The notes under the pieces are model-generated. The model did no database searches, was not told where the DNA came from, and saw only the letters and a program-made list of their open reading frames with translations. The translations under genes were made by a program, and so were the position numbers. A stretch of 64,000 bases of DNA from Octopus bimaculoides (Eukaryota): contig NC_068981.1 in NCBI RefSeq assembly GCF_001194135.2, forward strand, positions 43,565,680-43,629,679, in the 5' to 3' direction. Positions 27,490 to 39,993 of the stretch are shown here, one piece after another. Position 1 is the stretch's first letter. Each line of letters begins with the position of its first letter.

Positions 27490-28245
27490 AAAATATTAAG
27501 TGCTAACAACAAAAATCAACGAGCCATAATCTCTGCTGGTTTTCTTGCTCGTCACCGCTCAACTCATGGACACAAGCAGCGATTTCTTTGCCGAATCGCT
27601 ACTGGAGACGAAAAACGGTGCCTGTACATCAATATGAAGCAGCGTAAGGAATAGCTTAGCCCAGGTAAACAAGCGATACCACACGTGAAACAAGATCTTC
27701 ATCCATGTAAAACGATGTTGTACATATGGTGGGACCGGGAAGGGATTATCCATTACAAATTGCTTGAATGGAACCAAACGATCAATGCGGATCTCTATGT
27801 TCAGCAGATGGAACGACTCAACACAGCTATTCAAGAGAAAAGGCCTAATCGGCAGCATGGAGTTCTTCTGCTGCACGACAATGCTCACCCTCATATCGCC
27901 AATATGATCAAGGAAGCCATTCAAATGCATGGCTGGGAATTGCTGCCACGCCTGCTGTACTCTCCTGATTTGGCACCAACGGATTTCCACCTTTCTATCT
28001 TTTTCAAATACTATGCGCAGAATTTCATTCAATACTGATGCAGAATTGAGAGCTTTGTTGGATTAATTTTTTGAGTCGAAATCGTGTTATTTCTACCAAC
28101 GGAGTATTGAAAATCTTGTTGAATGTTGGGAAGAAGTTGTAAACAACAAGGATGAATACATTATTGATTAATTAGTTGTTATTTGTTATTAGACCTTTTA
28201 AAAATTTAAATTTAAAAAAACGGCAGGAACTTAGTTATCAACCTA

Positions 28246-28248
<3 letters not shown>
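27490..28248 (+). mobile_element. Mariner transposon, 5'-truncated DD34D transposase pseudogene with right TIR
   Basis: ATGDEK...MLYIWWDREGIIHY...LLHDNAHPH...YSPDLAPTDFHL; terminus aaaaacggcaggaacttagttatcaacctaaTA. Confidence 0.93.
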
Positions 28249-28276
<28 letters not shown>

Positions 28277-28278
<2 letters not shown>

Positions 28279-28406
28279 ATCATCATCATCATCATCGTTT
28301 AACGTCCGCTTTCCATGCTAGCATGGGTTGGACGACTTGACTGAGGACTGGTGAAACTGGATGGCAACACCAGGCTCCAATCTAAATTTGGAGCCTGGTG
28401 TTGCCA
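28277..28406 (-). mobile_element. RTE 3' tail ending in a perfect 19-bp hairpin at the gap edge
   Basis: (CAT)n-cgtttaacgtccgctttccatgctagc; then tggcaacaccaggctccaa / ttggagcctggtgttgcca. Confidence 0.85.
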
Positions 28407-28689
28407 NNNNNNNNNNNNNNNNNNNNNNNNNNNNNNNNNNNNNNNNNNNNNNNNNNNNNNNNNNNNNNNNNNNNNNNNNNNNNNNNNNNNNNNNNNNNNN
28501 NNNNNNNNNNNNNNNNNNNNNNNNNNNNNNNNNNNNNNNNNNNNNNNNNNNNNNNNNNNNNNNNNNNNNNNNNNNNNNNNNNNNNNNNNNNNNNNNNNNN
28601 NNNNNNNNNNNNNNNNNNNNNNNNNNNNNNNNNNNNNNNNNNNNNNNNNNNNNNNNNNNNNNNNNNNNNNNNNNNNNNNNNNNNNNNNN

Positions 28690-29410
28690 TAACATCAAGG
28701 TTTTCTCTCACACACTGTCTTGCAATCTGAAATATTTCAGTTCTTTGGTCCTCATGTCACTGAACGTTGGCATGAATATATGTACCTTTAGAAATATGCT
28801 GTGCTTGAGAAGACCCAGCAAGCCAAGTGAAGCCATAAACCGTGGCCTATGTCAGTGGTCTAACCAGCTCACTTATGTGTACCTTTCTTTCATTGGGCAC
28901 TAAACTCTGCTTGCAAAGACCTGTTGAGGCAAGTGATATCAAATTTGATGACAGCACCGCATGACTGGCATCCGTGCCAATGGAGCGCAAAGAGCACCAT
29001 CTGAACGTGATCGTTGCCAGGGCCGCTGACTAGCTCCTGTGCCAGTGGCACATAAAAAGCACCATTCAAGCATGATCGTTACCAGAGTCGCCTCAGTGGC
29101 CCGTGAAAAACAACATTTGATCGAGGTCATTGCCAGTGCCGCTGGACTGGCTCCTGTGCAGGTGGCATGTAAAAAACATCATTTGAGCATGGCCGTTGCC
29201 AGTACCACCTGACTGGCCTTCGTGCTGGTGGAACATAAAAGCACTCTCTACACTCTTAGAGTGGTTGGTGTTAGGAAGGGCATCCAGCTGTAGAAACTCT
29301 GCCAGATCAGACTGGAACCTGGTGCAGCCATCTGGCTCGCCAGTCCTCAGTCAAACCATCCAACCCATGCCAGCATGGAAAGTGGACGTTAAACGATGAT
29401 GATGATGATA
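28690..29410 (+). mobile_element. RTE 3' UTR with several tandem ~60-70 bp modules
   Basis: Same order as 22140-22750; (GAT)n end. Confidence 0.9.
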
Positions 29411-29482
29411 TATATTAAATAAAATTAGACAACAAAGCCAAGGCTGTGTGAAAATTTCAGGACATTTATAAAGAGAAAGTTA

Positions 29483-29530
29483 GTCTTATAGCTGTTTCTG
29501 GGATATTAGGGATATCTCTTCATTGGAGAC
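29483..29530 (-). ncRNA. Type I hammerhead motif, core mutated
   Basis: Reverse complement: gtct-CCAATGA-aga-gatat/atatc-cca-GAAA-cagcta-TA-agac; stem I gtct/agac intact. Confidence 0.65.
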
Positions 29531-29816
29531 AATGTGAGATGGTTAAATACAGGGAAATAGTAGAGTTCTCCACAATTTCCATTTCTAATGACAAAATATG
29601 AACTATCGGAATTTACATACCATGGACAAGAAGCATGTCTACCACTTCTGCACACTACTTTCCTTGGATAATGGTACTGCAACTGTAACATCCAACATAT
29701 ATTTTAATTTTTACTTTTACTCTCTTATCATCCTTTATATTTCTTATTTCCATCTTTTCCAAAATAACTCCTTATACAGAACTCTATTATTTCACTCTAT
29801 TTAACCATCTCACATC

Positions 29817-29860
29817 GTCTCTGATGAAAGGATATCCTTAATATCCCAGAAACAGCTGTT
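29817..29860 (+). ncRNA. Type I hammerhead motif, core intact, 3' strand of stem I missing
   Basis: gtct-CTGATGA-aa-ggatat/atatcc-ca-GAAA-cagctg-t, then RTE sequence. Confidence 0.75.
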
Positions 29861-29930
29861 CACCAGTCCTCAGTCAAATTATCCAACCCATGCTAGCATG
29901 GAAGGCGGACGTTAAATGATGACGATGATG
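29859..29930 (+). mobile_element. RTE extreme 3' tail
   Basis: tcaccagtcctcagtcaaa...ccaacccatgctagcatggaaggcggacgttaaatgatg. Confidence 0.9.
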
Positions 29931-29974
29931 ATATATATACATATAATACATCATTATCATCATCCTCCTCCTCA

Positions 29975-30625
29975 TCATCATCATCATCAACATCGTTTAA
30001 CGTCCGCTTTCCATGCTGGCATGGGTTGGACGGTTTGACTGGGGACTGGCGAGCCAGATGGCTGCACCAGGCTACAATCTGATCTGGCAGAGTTTCTACA
30101 GCTGGATGCCCTTCCTAGCGCCAACCACTCTGAGGGTGTACTGGGTGCTTTTACGTGCCACCAGCACGAGGACCAGTGAAGCAGTACTGGCAGCGGCCAT
30201 GCTCAAATAGTGTTTTTACATGTCACCTGCACAGGAGCCAGTCCAGCGGGACTGGCAACGCCTTTGTTTGAATGCTGTTTTCCACGTACCTCCAGCACAA
30301 GTGCCAGTAAGGCAACACTGGTAATGATCATACTCGAATGGTGCTTTTACGTGCCACTGGCACAGGGGCTAGTCAGTGGCCCTGGCAATGATCATGCTCG
30401 GATGGTGCTCTTAGTGCTCCACTAACACAGATAACAGCCATGCGGTGCTGTCATCGAATTTGATTTCAATTTCACTTGCCTCAAGAGGTCTTCGCAAGCG
30501 GAGTTTAGTGTCCAATGAAAGAAAGGTATGCCTAAGTGGGCTGGTTACACCGCTGGCATAGGCCACGGGATATGGTCTCACTTGGCCTGCCAGGTCTTCT
30601 CAAGCCCAGCATATTTCCAAAGGTC
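29975..30625 (-). mobile_element. RTE 3' UTR with tandem modules
   Basis: Reverse complement of the 28690-29410 type. Confidence 0.88.
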
Positions 30626-30776
30626 TCAGTCACCAGCCATTGCCTCGATACATGCATACATACATATACATGTGCATATATATATATATATATATGTATA
30701 TATATTATGTATGTATGTATGTATGTATGTGTGTATGTATGTATGTATGTATGTATGTATATATGTCTGTGTTCGT

Positions 30777-31157
30777 GGAGGTGCAATGGCCCAGTGGTTA
30801 GGGCAGCAGACTCGCGGTCATAGGATCGCGGTTTTGATTCCCAGACCGGGCGTTGTGAGTGTGTATTGAGCGAAACACCTAAAGCTCCACGAGGCTCAGG
30901 CAGGGGATGGTGGCGAACCCTGCTGTATTCTTTCACTACAACTTTCTCTCATTCTTACTTCTTGTTTCTGTTGTTTTTTGTAATTCAAAGGGTCAGCCTT
31001 GTCACACTGTGTCATGCTGAATATCCCCAAGAACTACGATAAGGGTACACGTGTCTGTGGAGTGCTCAGCCACTTGCACATTAATTTCACGAGCAGGCCG
31101 TTCCGTTGATTGGATCAGCTGGAACCCTCGACGTCGTAAGCGACGGAGTGCCAACAA
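30777..31157 (+). mobile_element. tRNA-derived SINE family B, full length
   Basis: A box TGGCCCAGTGG, B-box-like GGTTTTGATTCC, 3' end shared with 1-105 and 57310-57480. Confidence 0.88.
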
Positions 31158-31168
31158 TGTCTGTGTGC

Positions 31169-31202
<34 letters not shown>

Positions 31203-31559
31203 ATGTGTGTGCATGGAAACGGATGAGGGTTGGCAGCAGAAAAGGGCATTCAACCATAAAAAAATCTTCCTCCTCAAATTCTCTCTGATTCATCCAAGAA
31301 TGAATAAGTGGATGTTAAATGTTGACGTTGAGTGTAACAATGATAGTTGTTTCAGAATCTGTAAATCAGAAAAAAGCAGGTTCTACAATATTTGGCAGTA
31401 AGGTAGAAATATTAATATTTATACAAAACAGTATAATAGTCATTACCATTTTCTTTATATCATCCCTTTTGATGAGCATAGGGAGTGAGTTTTCCATGAA
31501 TACCCATGAGTAAAATTGGATGGGAAATTTAACTGAAATGTATGTTCAATACTGCAGTA

Positions 31560-31904
31560 TATAAATCTGCCTGCCTGCCTGCTTGTCTGTCTGTCAGTCA
31601 GTCAGTCTGTCTGTCTATCTGTCTGTATGTGTGTGTGTATGTTTGTGTTCGTCCGTCTGCATATCTGTGTGCTTGTATGTTTGTCTGCCTGTCTGTCTAT
31701 CTATATATTAGTTGAATAAAGTTGTTGAATATAGCCAAACAAAAGTTTAAAAGTGATAAAAATACACATAATTTTAAAACCTGAGATGCAAAATAAATAG
31801 GAATAACTGTCCTTAAACACATTTATGTATTTGTATATTGATATTTATATATACACACATATATACAGACACACACACATATATATATATATATGATATT
31901 TAAC

Positions 31905-31943
<39 letters not shown>

Positions 31944-31953
31944 NNNNNNNNNN

Positions 31954-31996
<43 letters not shown>

Positions 31997-32113
31997 AGCA
32001 CATTTAAATGTATATAAATGTATATATATATACATACATATACACATGTGCATCTGTATACATGTGTATATACATAAATATGTTATAAGGACTGTTTACA
32101 ACCACACATATAA

Positions 32114-32179
<66 letters not shown>

Positions 32180-32883
32180 GTATAAATATACATTATTTGG
32201 ACATGCACATAAAGACCAATAATCAAAAAATTAATAAACAAATAAAAATAAGCAATGGCGAGCAGGAAAAGTAAAAGAAAGTGAATTCAAAGCTTTTACT
32301 TATTTAACGAACAGAAATCAGGAGAAAATTTGTAAATTTTTACAAACACAATTAAAATATAATGTTAGCTACAGAATACATTGTAGATCAAAGCTGAAAA
32401 GTGATGATATCAATCAAATTGACAGATTATTAAATAGCTACTGCTTCAAGCATGCAACAAAAGCTAAAACATTAAATTATCAAAGACCAAACCCTGGTCA
32501 TGGCTATTAAAACCCAAATGTAATTGTAGACACTGTAAGGATGAGGGTTTCTGTTTGATGTCTTTATTGAAGCCCTGACTGTATAGTAGCATCTCTCTCT
32601 CTCTCTGCTCTGCTCTGTTCTGCTTCTCTATTCACAGTAAGGTACTGGGTTTGTTAGGGAATATGTTGGTAACAGCATATGCTTGTGTGAGCATGCATAG
32701 ATGGTCTCTCACATGCAGGCACACACATACACACATACACACACTAACATAAAGATGCAAGCAAAGAAACACATTTACACACAGGTAAGTGTACATGTAT
32801 GAGTGACGACATTGCCATAATGTGAAATATCTATATATACACAAATATAAGCGTATATTTATGAGTGTGTATTTATATGTATA

Positions 32884-32921
<38 letters not shown>

Positions 32922-33114
32922 CATAATATTCTCTCACTCTCATTATACATATGAATGCTTGACATACCTGTGTATATTTACACTAATGCACAAAAGAAAC
33001 ACAAATTAACATGTCTGTACACACACACATACATAAAACGTATATATATATATGCATATATATATATATGTCTGTGCATGTGTGTGTATATATATATATA
33101 TGTATATCTATCTA

Positions 33115-33167
<53 letters not shown>

Positions 33168-33475
33168 ACATATATACATACATGCATATATATATATATA
33201 CACACACAAAGACCACAGACATAGATACACACAGACACACATATACACATACATATAATATTGATGTCAATGATGATAGGGAAAATGCTACATAGAAACA
33301 TACACTCAAGTTTATGAGCATATATAATAGTAAAGGAAAAATGTAACACTTTGCAGCATTAGAAATGTTTGTATATCTGCAATAATTTCTAATCATCATT
33401 TTGTGTGCATATCTGTATATATATCTATACATAAATATATATGTATATGCATATATATACATATATCTATATATG

Positions 33476-33540
<65 letters not shown>

Positions 33541-33933
33541 GTATAGGTATATGTGCTTATATACATATACATATATGTATATACATGTATGTATACACAC
33601 ATATATATATGTACAAATGCACACACACTCACACACATATCTTTAGTTAGAAACAAATGTAGAAAAAAAAACAGAGAGAAATAACAGGTAAACAGATGTG
33701 CATAACTACATTCAAATATATCACACTTTTGAGACATTTTAATCACTGCAAATATTTATATATCCGGTGTCAGTGTGTTAGTGTATGTGTCCATGTGTGA
33801 TATTTTTATGTGATGTGTATTGAAAACCATTAAACCATAGAATGGCACAAAGAGAAACAGATAGTTGGAATGGTGGCTATCTCATTAGTTAGCTTTATTG
33901 ATAGAGGAGTAGATGACTGAAAGATATTAATAA

Positions 33934-34000
<67 letters not shown>

Positions 34001-34255
34001 GTGTGTATGTATGTATACACACATATATATATATATGCACACATATATATGTATAATGATATATATATCTATATGTATGAAAAAATATATATGTATGTAT
34101 ATATACATATATATACATATATGCATATATGTATGTATATATACATATATATACATATATGCATATATGTTTGTATACAAATACATATGTACATACATAT
34201 AAATGTATATGTACATATATATGAATATATGTGTATGTACATGCACACATATATG

Positions 34256-34290
<35 letters not shown>

Positions 34291-34300
34291 NNNNNNNNNN

Positions 34301-34344
<44 letters not shown>

Positions 34345-34345
34345 T
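31560..34345. repeat. Microsatellite-rich block: (TA)n, (CA)n, (TCTG)n
   Basis: Directly visible. Confidence 0.9.
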
Positions 34346-34869
34346 GACCATAGAAAATCAGGTACTAAGATTTAGGTAACTATTTTTAATGTAGAAATCA
34401 TCAAACATATAGACTTGAATATACATTTATTCTGTTCAACTTATTTTTCGAATTTTGTTTTATTTTAGAATGATCCGAAATTCTTTGACATCAATGAAAT
34501 AATTTCACATTAGTAGATAGTCAGTTCCGTTATCATTGAGTTATTTTCATTGCTTCTGAACATCACATACATAATGATGAGGTTCAATATTTAGTCAAAG
34601 AAAACACTGGATTTTTTCATGATCAACTGGGCATCTAAAAGCAAAAAGCTAAAATATCAACATGGCATGTGTGTGAGTGTATGTATGTGTGTACACATGC
34701 ACACAAACACACACACATATATGCATGCACACACTGATATAAACACATATTTACATTATATATACATGCAAATATATATGTATTTATACATATATGTATA
34801 CGTATATCCACATATATATAAATGTATATATACATGTGAGTGTGTATGTGTGTATGTATATATATGTAT

Positions 34870-35075
34870 GTATATATATGTGTTTGTCCCCCCAACATCG
34901 CTTGACAACCGATGGTGGCGTGTTTACGTCCCCGTAACTTAGTGCTTCAGCAAAAGCGACCGATAGAATAAGTACTAGGCTTCCAAAGAATAAGTCCTGG
35001 GATCGATTTGTTCGACTAAAGTCGGTGCTCCAGCATGGCCGCAGTCAAATGACTGAAACAAGTAAAACAGTAAAA
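34870..35075 (+). mobile_element. SINE family A, 3' half (young)
   Basis: Near-identical to 44020-44200. Confidence 0.9.
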
Positions 35076-35084
35076 GAGCGCTCA

Positions 35085-35550
35085 CGTGGTCGCACCAGCT
35101 AATCCTGTCTCCACTCATCAAACACGAATTTCTGGATTCTACCTTCTTTCATTCTGGATTTATTCTTTCTGGACTGTTTTATTCTGAACTCTACACCCTT
35201 CGGCTGCACCTCTCCTACCCACGGATTACACTGGACCCATCTTCTGATTGGAAATCGCCTCAATATACTACATCTAAAAAACTTTTGAACTTTTGAACTT
35301 TTCCACTTATGTAAACCTCCTTTATTACCTTTATCATCTTTATATTTTCCTTTACTTTAATCGCTGACCAAACACCATTCAAATTTTTTTCTCCATGTTT
35401 TCTCCTTGTTTTCTCCGTATTCTTTCTGTTGAAGAGCGTAGCTCGAAACATTAAAGACTTTCTGTATTCCCGAGCGTCAAACTAATACATCCTTTTGTTG
35501 TTTACACCACCTGTCCTCGTCTGTTGTTGTTTTTTTTCGTACATTCTCCC
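35085..35550 (+). mobile_element. PLE 3' UTR/pLTR-like segment carrying an HHR variant
   Basis: Pyrimidine-rich segment containing an HHR motif and ending in (TA)n; assignment to PLE is inferred from the HHR. Confidence 0.6.
35421..35457 (+). ncRNA. Minimal type I hammerhead, CUGUUGA core variant
   Basis: tcttt-CTGTTGA-a-gagc(gta)gctc-GAAA-catt-aaaga; stems I and II pair perfectly; catt probably from cgtt. Confidence 0.7.
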
Positions 35551-35954
35551 AATATATATATATATATATATATATATAGTGCTTTCAAGATCTTGCTGAA
35601 ATCTTTGCTGAAGGATCAATGAAGGCAAAGAGAGGAGAATTGCTTACTTGTGTTCCATATTCAACAGACTAATTATCTGGAACTATTGGAAAAATCTTTT
35701 CTGATGTAATCTGGAAGTCTTTACCTATTCATTTAGAGGCCTGTATCACATATCTACAATATGTACACATATACATACACAAAAACACACCCAATATACA
35801 TATATGCACACATACACACAGAAAAATATATCTGTATATCCAAAAGTCTGTGTGCCTCTTTTACCCCATTGCCACAGACCCATTGAATAAACAATTTTTT
35901 ATACCTCAATCAACTAACGAAAGCCAAACCGCAACAGTACCAAAATCGTTATTT

Positions 35955-36012
35955 ACATTATTTAAGTTTGACGGATATTTGTCCTCATCTCATTTGTTGT
36001 TGAGACAACATA
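35955..36012 (-). mobile_element. 3'-terminal fragment of the 44204-44486 element family
   Basis: acattatttaagtttgacggatatttgtcctcatct...gttgtt is the reverse complement of 44437-44488. Confidence 0.75.
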
Positions 36013-36109
36013 TCTGAATCAAATTTTACTTTACAAAACACAATGAATCCTTTTATTCTCAGTAATGTGTATATTTGTTACACAAATCTGATTCATATAT
36101 TTACAGATA

Positions 36110-36845
36110 TATGGACTTCCTTGAGTCGGACAAACCATCACTCCTGTCTCTGGTGTACTGAAAATGGATTCCTTCAACAGAACTTTAGCTAATGGTTGCT
36201 TCTGCTGATGATATGATCAGGTGTTCAAGATAGTAGTGAAGGTGATAACAATACCAGTTCAAGAAGGAAGCCATTACTTTTCTGAAAGCCGAAGAGAGGC
36301 CCTGCTCACTAAATTATTAACACCTGTGCCTACTTTCCTCAGACTGGCTGTTAAGAGTGGGTCTCATCAAACAATCAAGATTCCTAGAGCTTATTATACC
36401 AAGGACACTCCATCCAGATATAGTTATCTTCTCAAATGCCAAACAGATGACTGTATTGAACCTGACTGTGCCCTGGGAAGAACACACGGAGAAAACTCAT
36501 ATGAGAAACTTTGCCAGATACGAGGAACTGGTGAAGTAGCACAGAAGCCAAAGCTTGAAGGCCTATCATGAGCTATTTGAAGCAGGCTACTGACATTATG
36601 TGGAACATTCTCTTTACAAAGCTCAGACTGGTTTTGGAGTTACTGGTACTGCAAAGAGGATTGCCATACATTTCTCTACTGAAACTGCAGAAATGGCCTC
36701 TAGATGACTTTGAATAAGAACAGACCAGTGGTTTGCTGCTACTGGGACTTGATCAAGAAAGGTTAACTAAATAAGGAGGTCTGGCGTCAAAAGACCTGCT
36801 AAGGCACCAGAAACATCACTGTTGATGCATCTCAGGGCATGTGTG
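36110..36845 (+). mobile_element. R2-superfamily (Hero-like) non-LTR retrotransposon 3' fragment with restriction-like endonuclease
   Basis: Decayed CCHC knuckle (CLWC..GFLQ), YDQVFK, then TLHPDIVIFS..KQMTVLNLTVPWEEH...RYEELV (PD..ELTVPWE motif). Confidence 0.85.
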
Positions 36846-37550
36846 AGATGTATCTTGGAACAAACTGACATGACAGGAAAAAAAAGTTTCAAGTAAAAAA
36901 CATGTGGCAAATTTATTGATTAGAACTGGTAACAAACAACTTCATAATATAAAAATAAAACACAGGTGCAGGGATAAGCTAATGGGAAAACTCAACCTGC
37001 TAAAAATAGTAGTAAAATTCACCTTCAGATGATTTTCTAGTTTCTTAAAAATGCAAATATTATTCATTGTGTTTATTATATGATTATAATGTATAATATA
37101 CTTCAAGTTATACTGTGTCTGGAAAATGATTGGATGGTCACTCCTGGAATACCTTTGATCAGAACTACTCTGATAGTTAACATCACAAGTGATGATGATA
37201 AGGATGAAAAGGAAAGTGATAAAATTTTGAGTTGAGCCTTACATATTTGAAATTCTTGAAATTCTATCTTCCATTTTTTAAAACTCAAGGCATATTTTCA
37301 ATGGAAAATGATTTTGGGTGATTCATTCATCCTCTCTCTACTACCAGATATATTATCAAGTATTCTATTAAATGTTTCAGACAATCAATCCATCCAAAAA
37401 GATTAAATCAGATATTTACTTTTTATGTTTAGAGCAATTAGTTCTATTGACTTAAATTTGGCACTTATTGTAACAAGCACATCTATGAATACCCATGAAA
37501 AAAATTGCAGCCACAATTCTGTTAACCAATGACACATTTTTTTTTTAAAG

Positions 37551-37626
37551 TTTCTGTAGCTGCTATGGCTCTTAAATCAGAGACACATTCAACTTTGAAC
37601 AACTTAGAACCAGGTGGTGCAGGCAG
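37551..37626 (+). CDS. Candidate coding exon of unidentified host gene (phase 1 to 2)
   Basis: ttttttttttaaag| SVAAMALKSETHSTLNNLEPGGAG |gtaact. Splice sites and open frame only; no homology recognised. Confidence 0.3.
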
Positions 37627-38877
37627 GTAACTTAGAGATAAAAACTTAGAGTTTCAGTTTAATATTGCTGGCAGAGTGTGAATTAGAAAGGTATTTTAAA
37701 GTCAGAATGATGAAATAATATATTATAAAATCAACAAACAGCACTCTATGAGGATAAATGTCCAATGTCCTTTTACAAAGTAGGCAGAAATATGACTGTG
37801 ATTATGAAGTTCTTTTTTCAGCTGCATGGCTTATTGTTCCATGACACCTTTTTGTGCATGGCATCTTGACAAAATGTACACTGCTATAGCTTTATGTGAA
37901 CCAGTGCCTCATGATGGAATTTAGTGGGCAGAAAATTTAATTATTTCCTGTTATTGACATATTATACATCACACACACACACTCACATGCATGCACACAC
38001 TCACACACATGAACTCACATATGTATGTATGATTATGTGTACATGTATGCATCCATATGTTTGTGTGTATGGATGCGTGTCTATATGGATGTCTAAAAGA
38101 ACAATACCGGGCTATGGATACTAATGATGTTGTCACTGATTGGGTAGTAACATGACATTTCCTATGAATGAATGATGTGCCAGTTTAGAGGTTTTTAATT
38201 CTTCTGAAATATAAAAAAAAAATCAAATTTTTATAAAACAGGCAAGTTTGATGACATGTAAAGCATCTAGCGATAAAAATCCTGCCTCAATTTCCTCTCA
38301 TTGGAACTGAACTAGCAAAGTGGTATCAAAAATATATGTTAAACAAAATGTAGAAATGAATGAACAAATTATATATCTTGAACATTATCATTAAATCAAC
38401 AATACAAAACAGACCTCATAGGTTTTGATTCAATCATTCTAATTATTTTGAATTACTTATAAAATAGAATAACTACTAAAATATAACATTGTTTAAGGAG
38501 TTATAGACTCTTAACAATTCTGTATATTCTCATAGACTCTTACATAAAACAATGGATTAGATTCTGTACTGGTCACTCACTGCTCTTGTTTACCCAACAT
38601 TCATTAGATCCTCTACAAATTCAAACTTTAATAGCTATAGCATCCTATTAATTAGCAGGCATTTTCCATTCTTTCACATGTTTTACATGTGATCAGCAAT
38701 CCAATTATTCAGTTAATAAAAGTATTCTCTTTAATAATAGCTGATCAGTTTAACTCAAAGAACAACAATATTGAAAATTATAAATCAAAGAAAGATATTA
38801 CTCTTTTGACATTATATTGACAATTTTAGAATGATCAGGTTTGGGTTATTTTTGTTTAACTATCTTACTCTGTATAG

Positions 38878-38918
38878 GAGAACAATAACACTTGAAATAT
38901 CATTTCAATTTTTAAAAG
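38878..38918 (+). CDS. Candidate coding exon (phase 2 to 1)
   Basis: tatcttactctgtatag| RTITLEISFQFLK |gtaaaa; phase-compatible with neighbours. Confidence 0.25.
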
Positions 38919-39865
38919 GTAAAATATATATATATATATATAGATACACACATATATAAAACAATTGAGAGAGATATTAAATCCTTTAATGTGGCAAAAC
39001 TTCATTATAATTGTGAAATTAAAACACTTAATTACCAAATCTGATAGAAATTACCATTTCATGATAACATTTGCAGAACATATTAATAGAGACAATTGAA
39101 AGTACAGTGTGCTCACACGCTGATATGTATATAAATACCTTTCCATTCAACATTGTAAGTATGGTTCTGATTAATTAATTCAGTCATCCATTAACATATT
39201 ATGCTTCAATGAACATCATCTTATACTGGAAGCTACAATTTTAATTCTTATAAATTAGGTAGCTGCTAGATTATATCGCATTGGTTCGTTTTTGTTTTGA
39301 TTTACTCACAATAAAATATCACATCAATTTAGGTCTAAAAGCGATTTCTAAATACAACTGGTTCTGCTTCATTTATATTGACACTGAATTCTTTTGAATG
39401 AAAACATTTTGCAATAACACCACATGATGCAATTCAATCAATAACGAACTGCTCCATTTTACACTTCACAATTGTAAGCTTACAGGATATGAAAACTGAC
39501 CTAATGACCTTGCAAGAAAATGTATTGAGGAAAAATCAAAAGAACAGAAATGAATTTATATGTTATAAGAATGAGAAACTGCTGTGATATTAAGCAGATG
39601 AAGAAAATGTTATAAATTGCTCTAATATGAACATATTTTCAGTTGAAATCTAATTGAGATTAAATGAAAGTCAGATAAAATTTAATACTGAACATCTTAT
39701 AAGAAAAACGATAGAAAGGGGGTAGTTACAATATTATTAGTCTTTTTTTTGTTTTATTCATTTACATATTTATTAATTATTTTATACCTTAATGGTCCAT
39801 TTAAAATAATTCTAATTAAAAACTGTGCAACAACCTCTATTGACATTTTAAGCTGTAAATATTAG

Positions 39866-39993
39866 ATTTGACAAATGCTGATGCAAATGAGAAAAAGAAA
39901 AATGCAACATTAGAAATAGAAAATGGGTGGACTTCAGAGAAAATTGAAACTGTATTAGATTTTCTATGTAGTTTCAATAGTTTAGCTGTTGAG
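39866..39993 (+). CDS. Candidate coding exon (phase 1 to 0)
   Basis: DLTNADANEKKKNATLEIENGWTSEKIETVLDFLCSFNSLAVE |gtagct; weak acceptor. Confidence 0.3.

Larger units (their letters stand above)
29425..29860 (+). mobile_element. Miniature Penelope-like insertion: inverted pLTR, ORF 3' remnant, direct pLTR
   Basis: 29490-29568 is the reverse complement of 29778-29858; both arms contain an HHR motif; the spacer has a weak PLE C-terminus-like peptide (KKHVYHFCTLLSLDN). Confidence 0.7.

Noticed and set aside
28940-29250. Regularly spaced repeats resembling a CRISPR array
   Set aside because: Units are tandem and mutually similar with no unique spacers, lie in an RTE 3' UTR in eukaryotic DNA, and there are no cas genes. 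They also did not fit an HDV-like ribozyme fold by eye.
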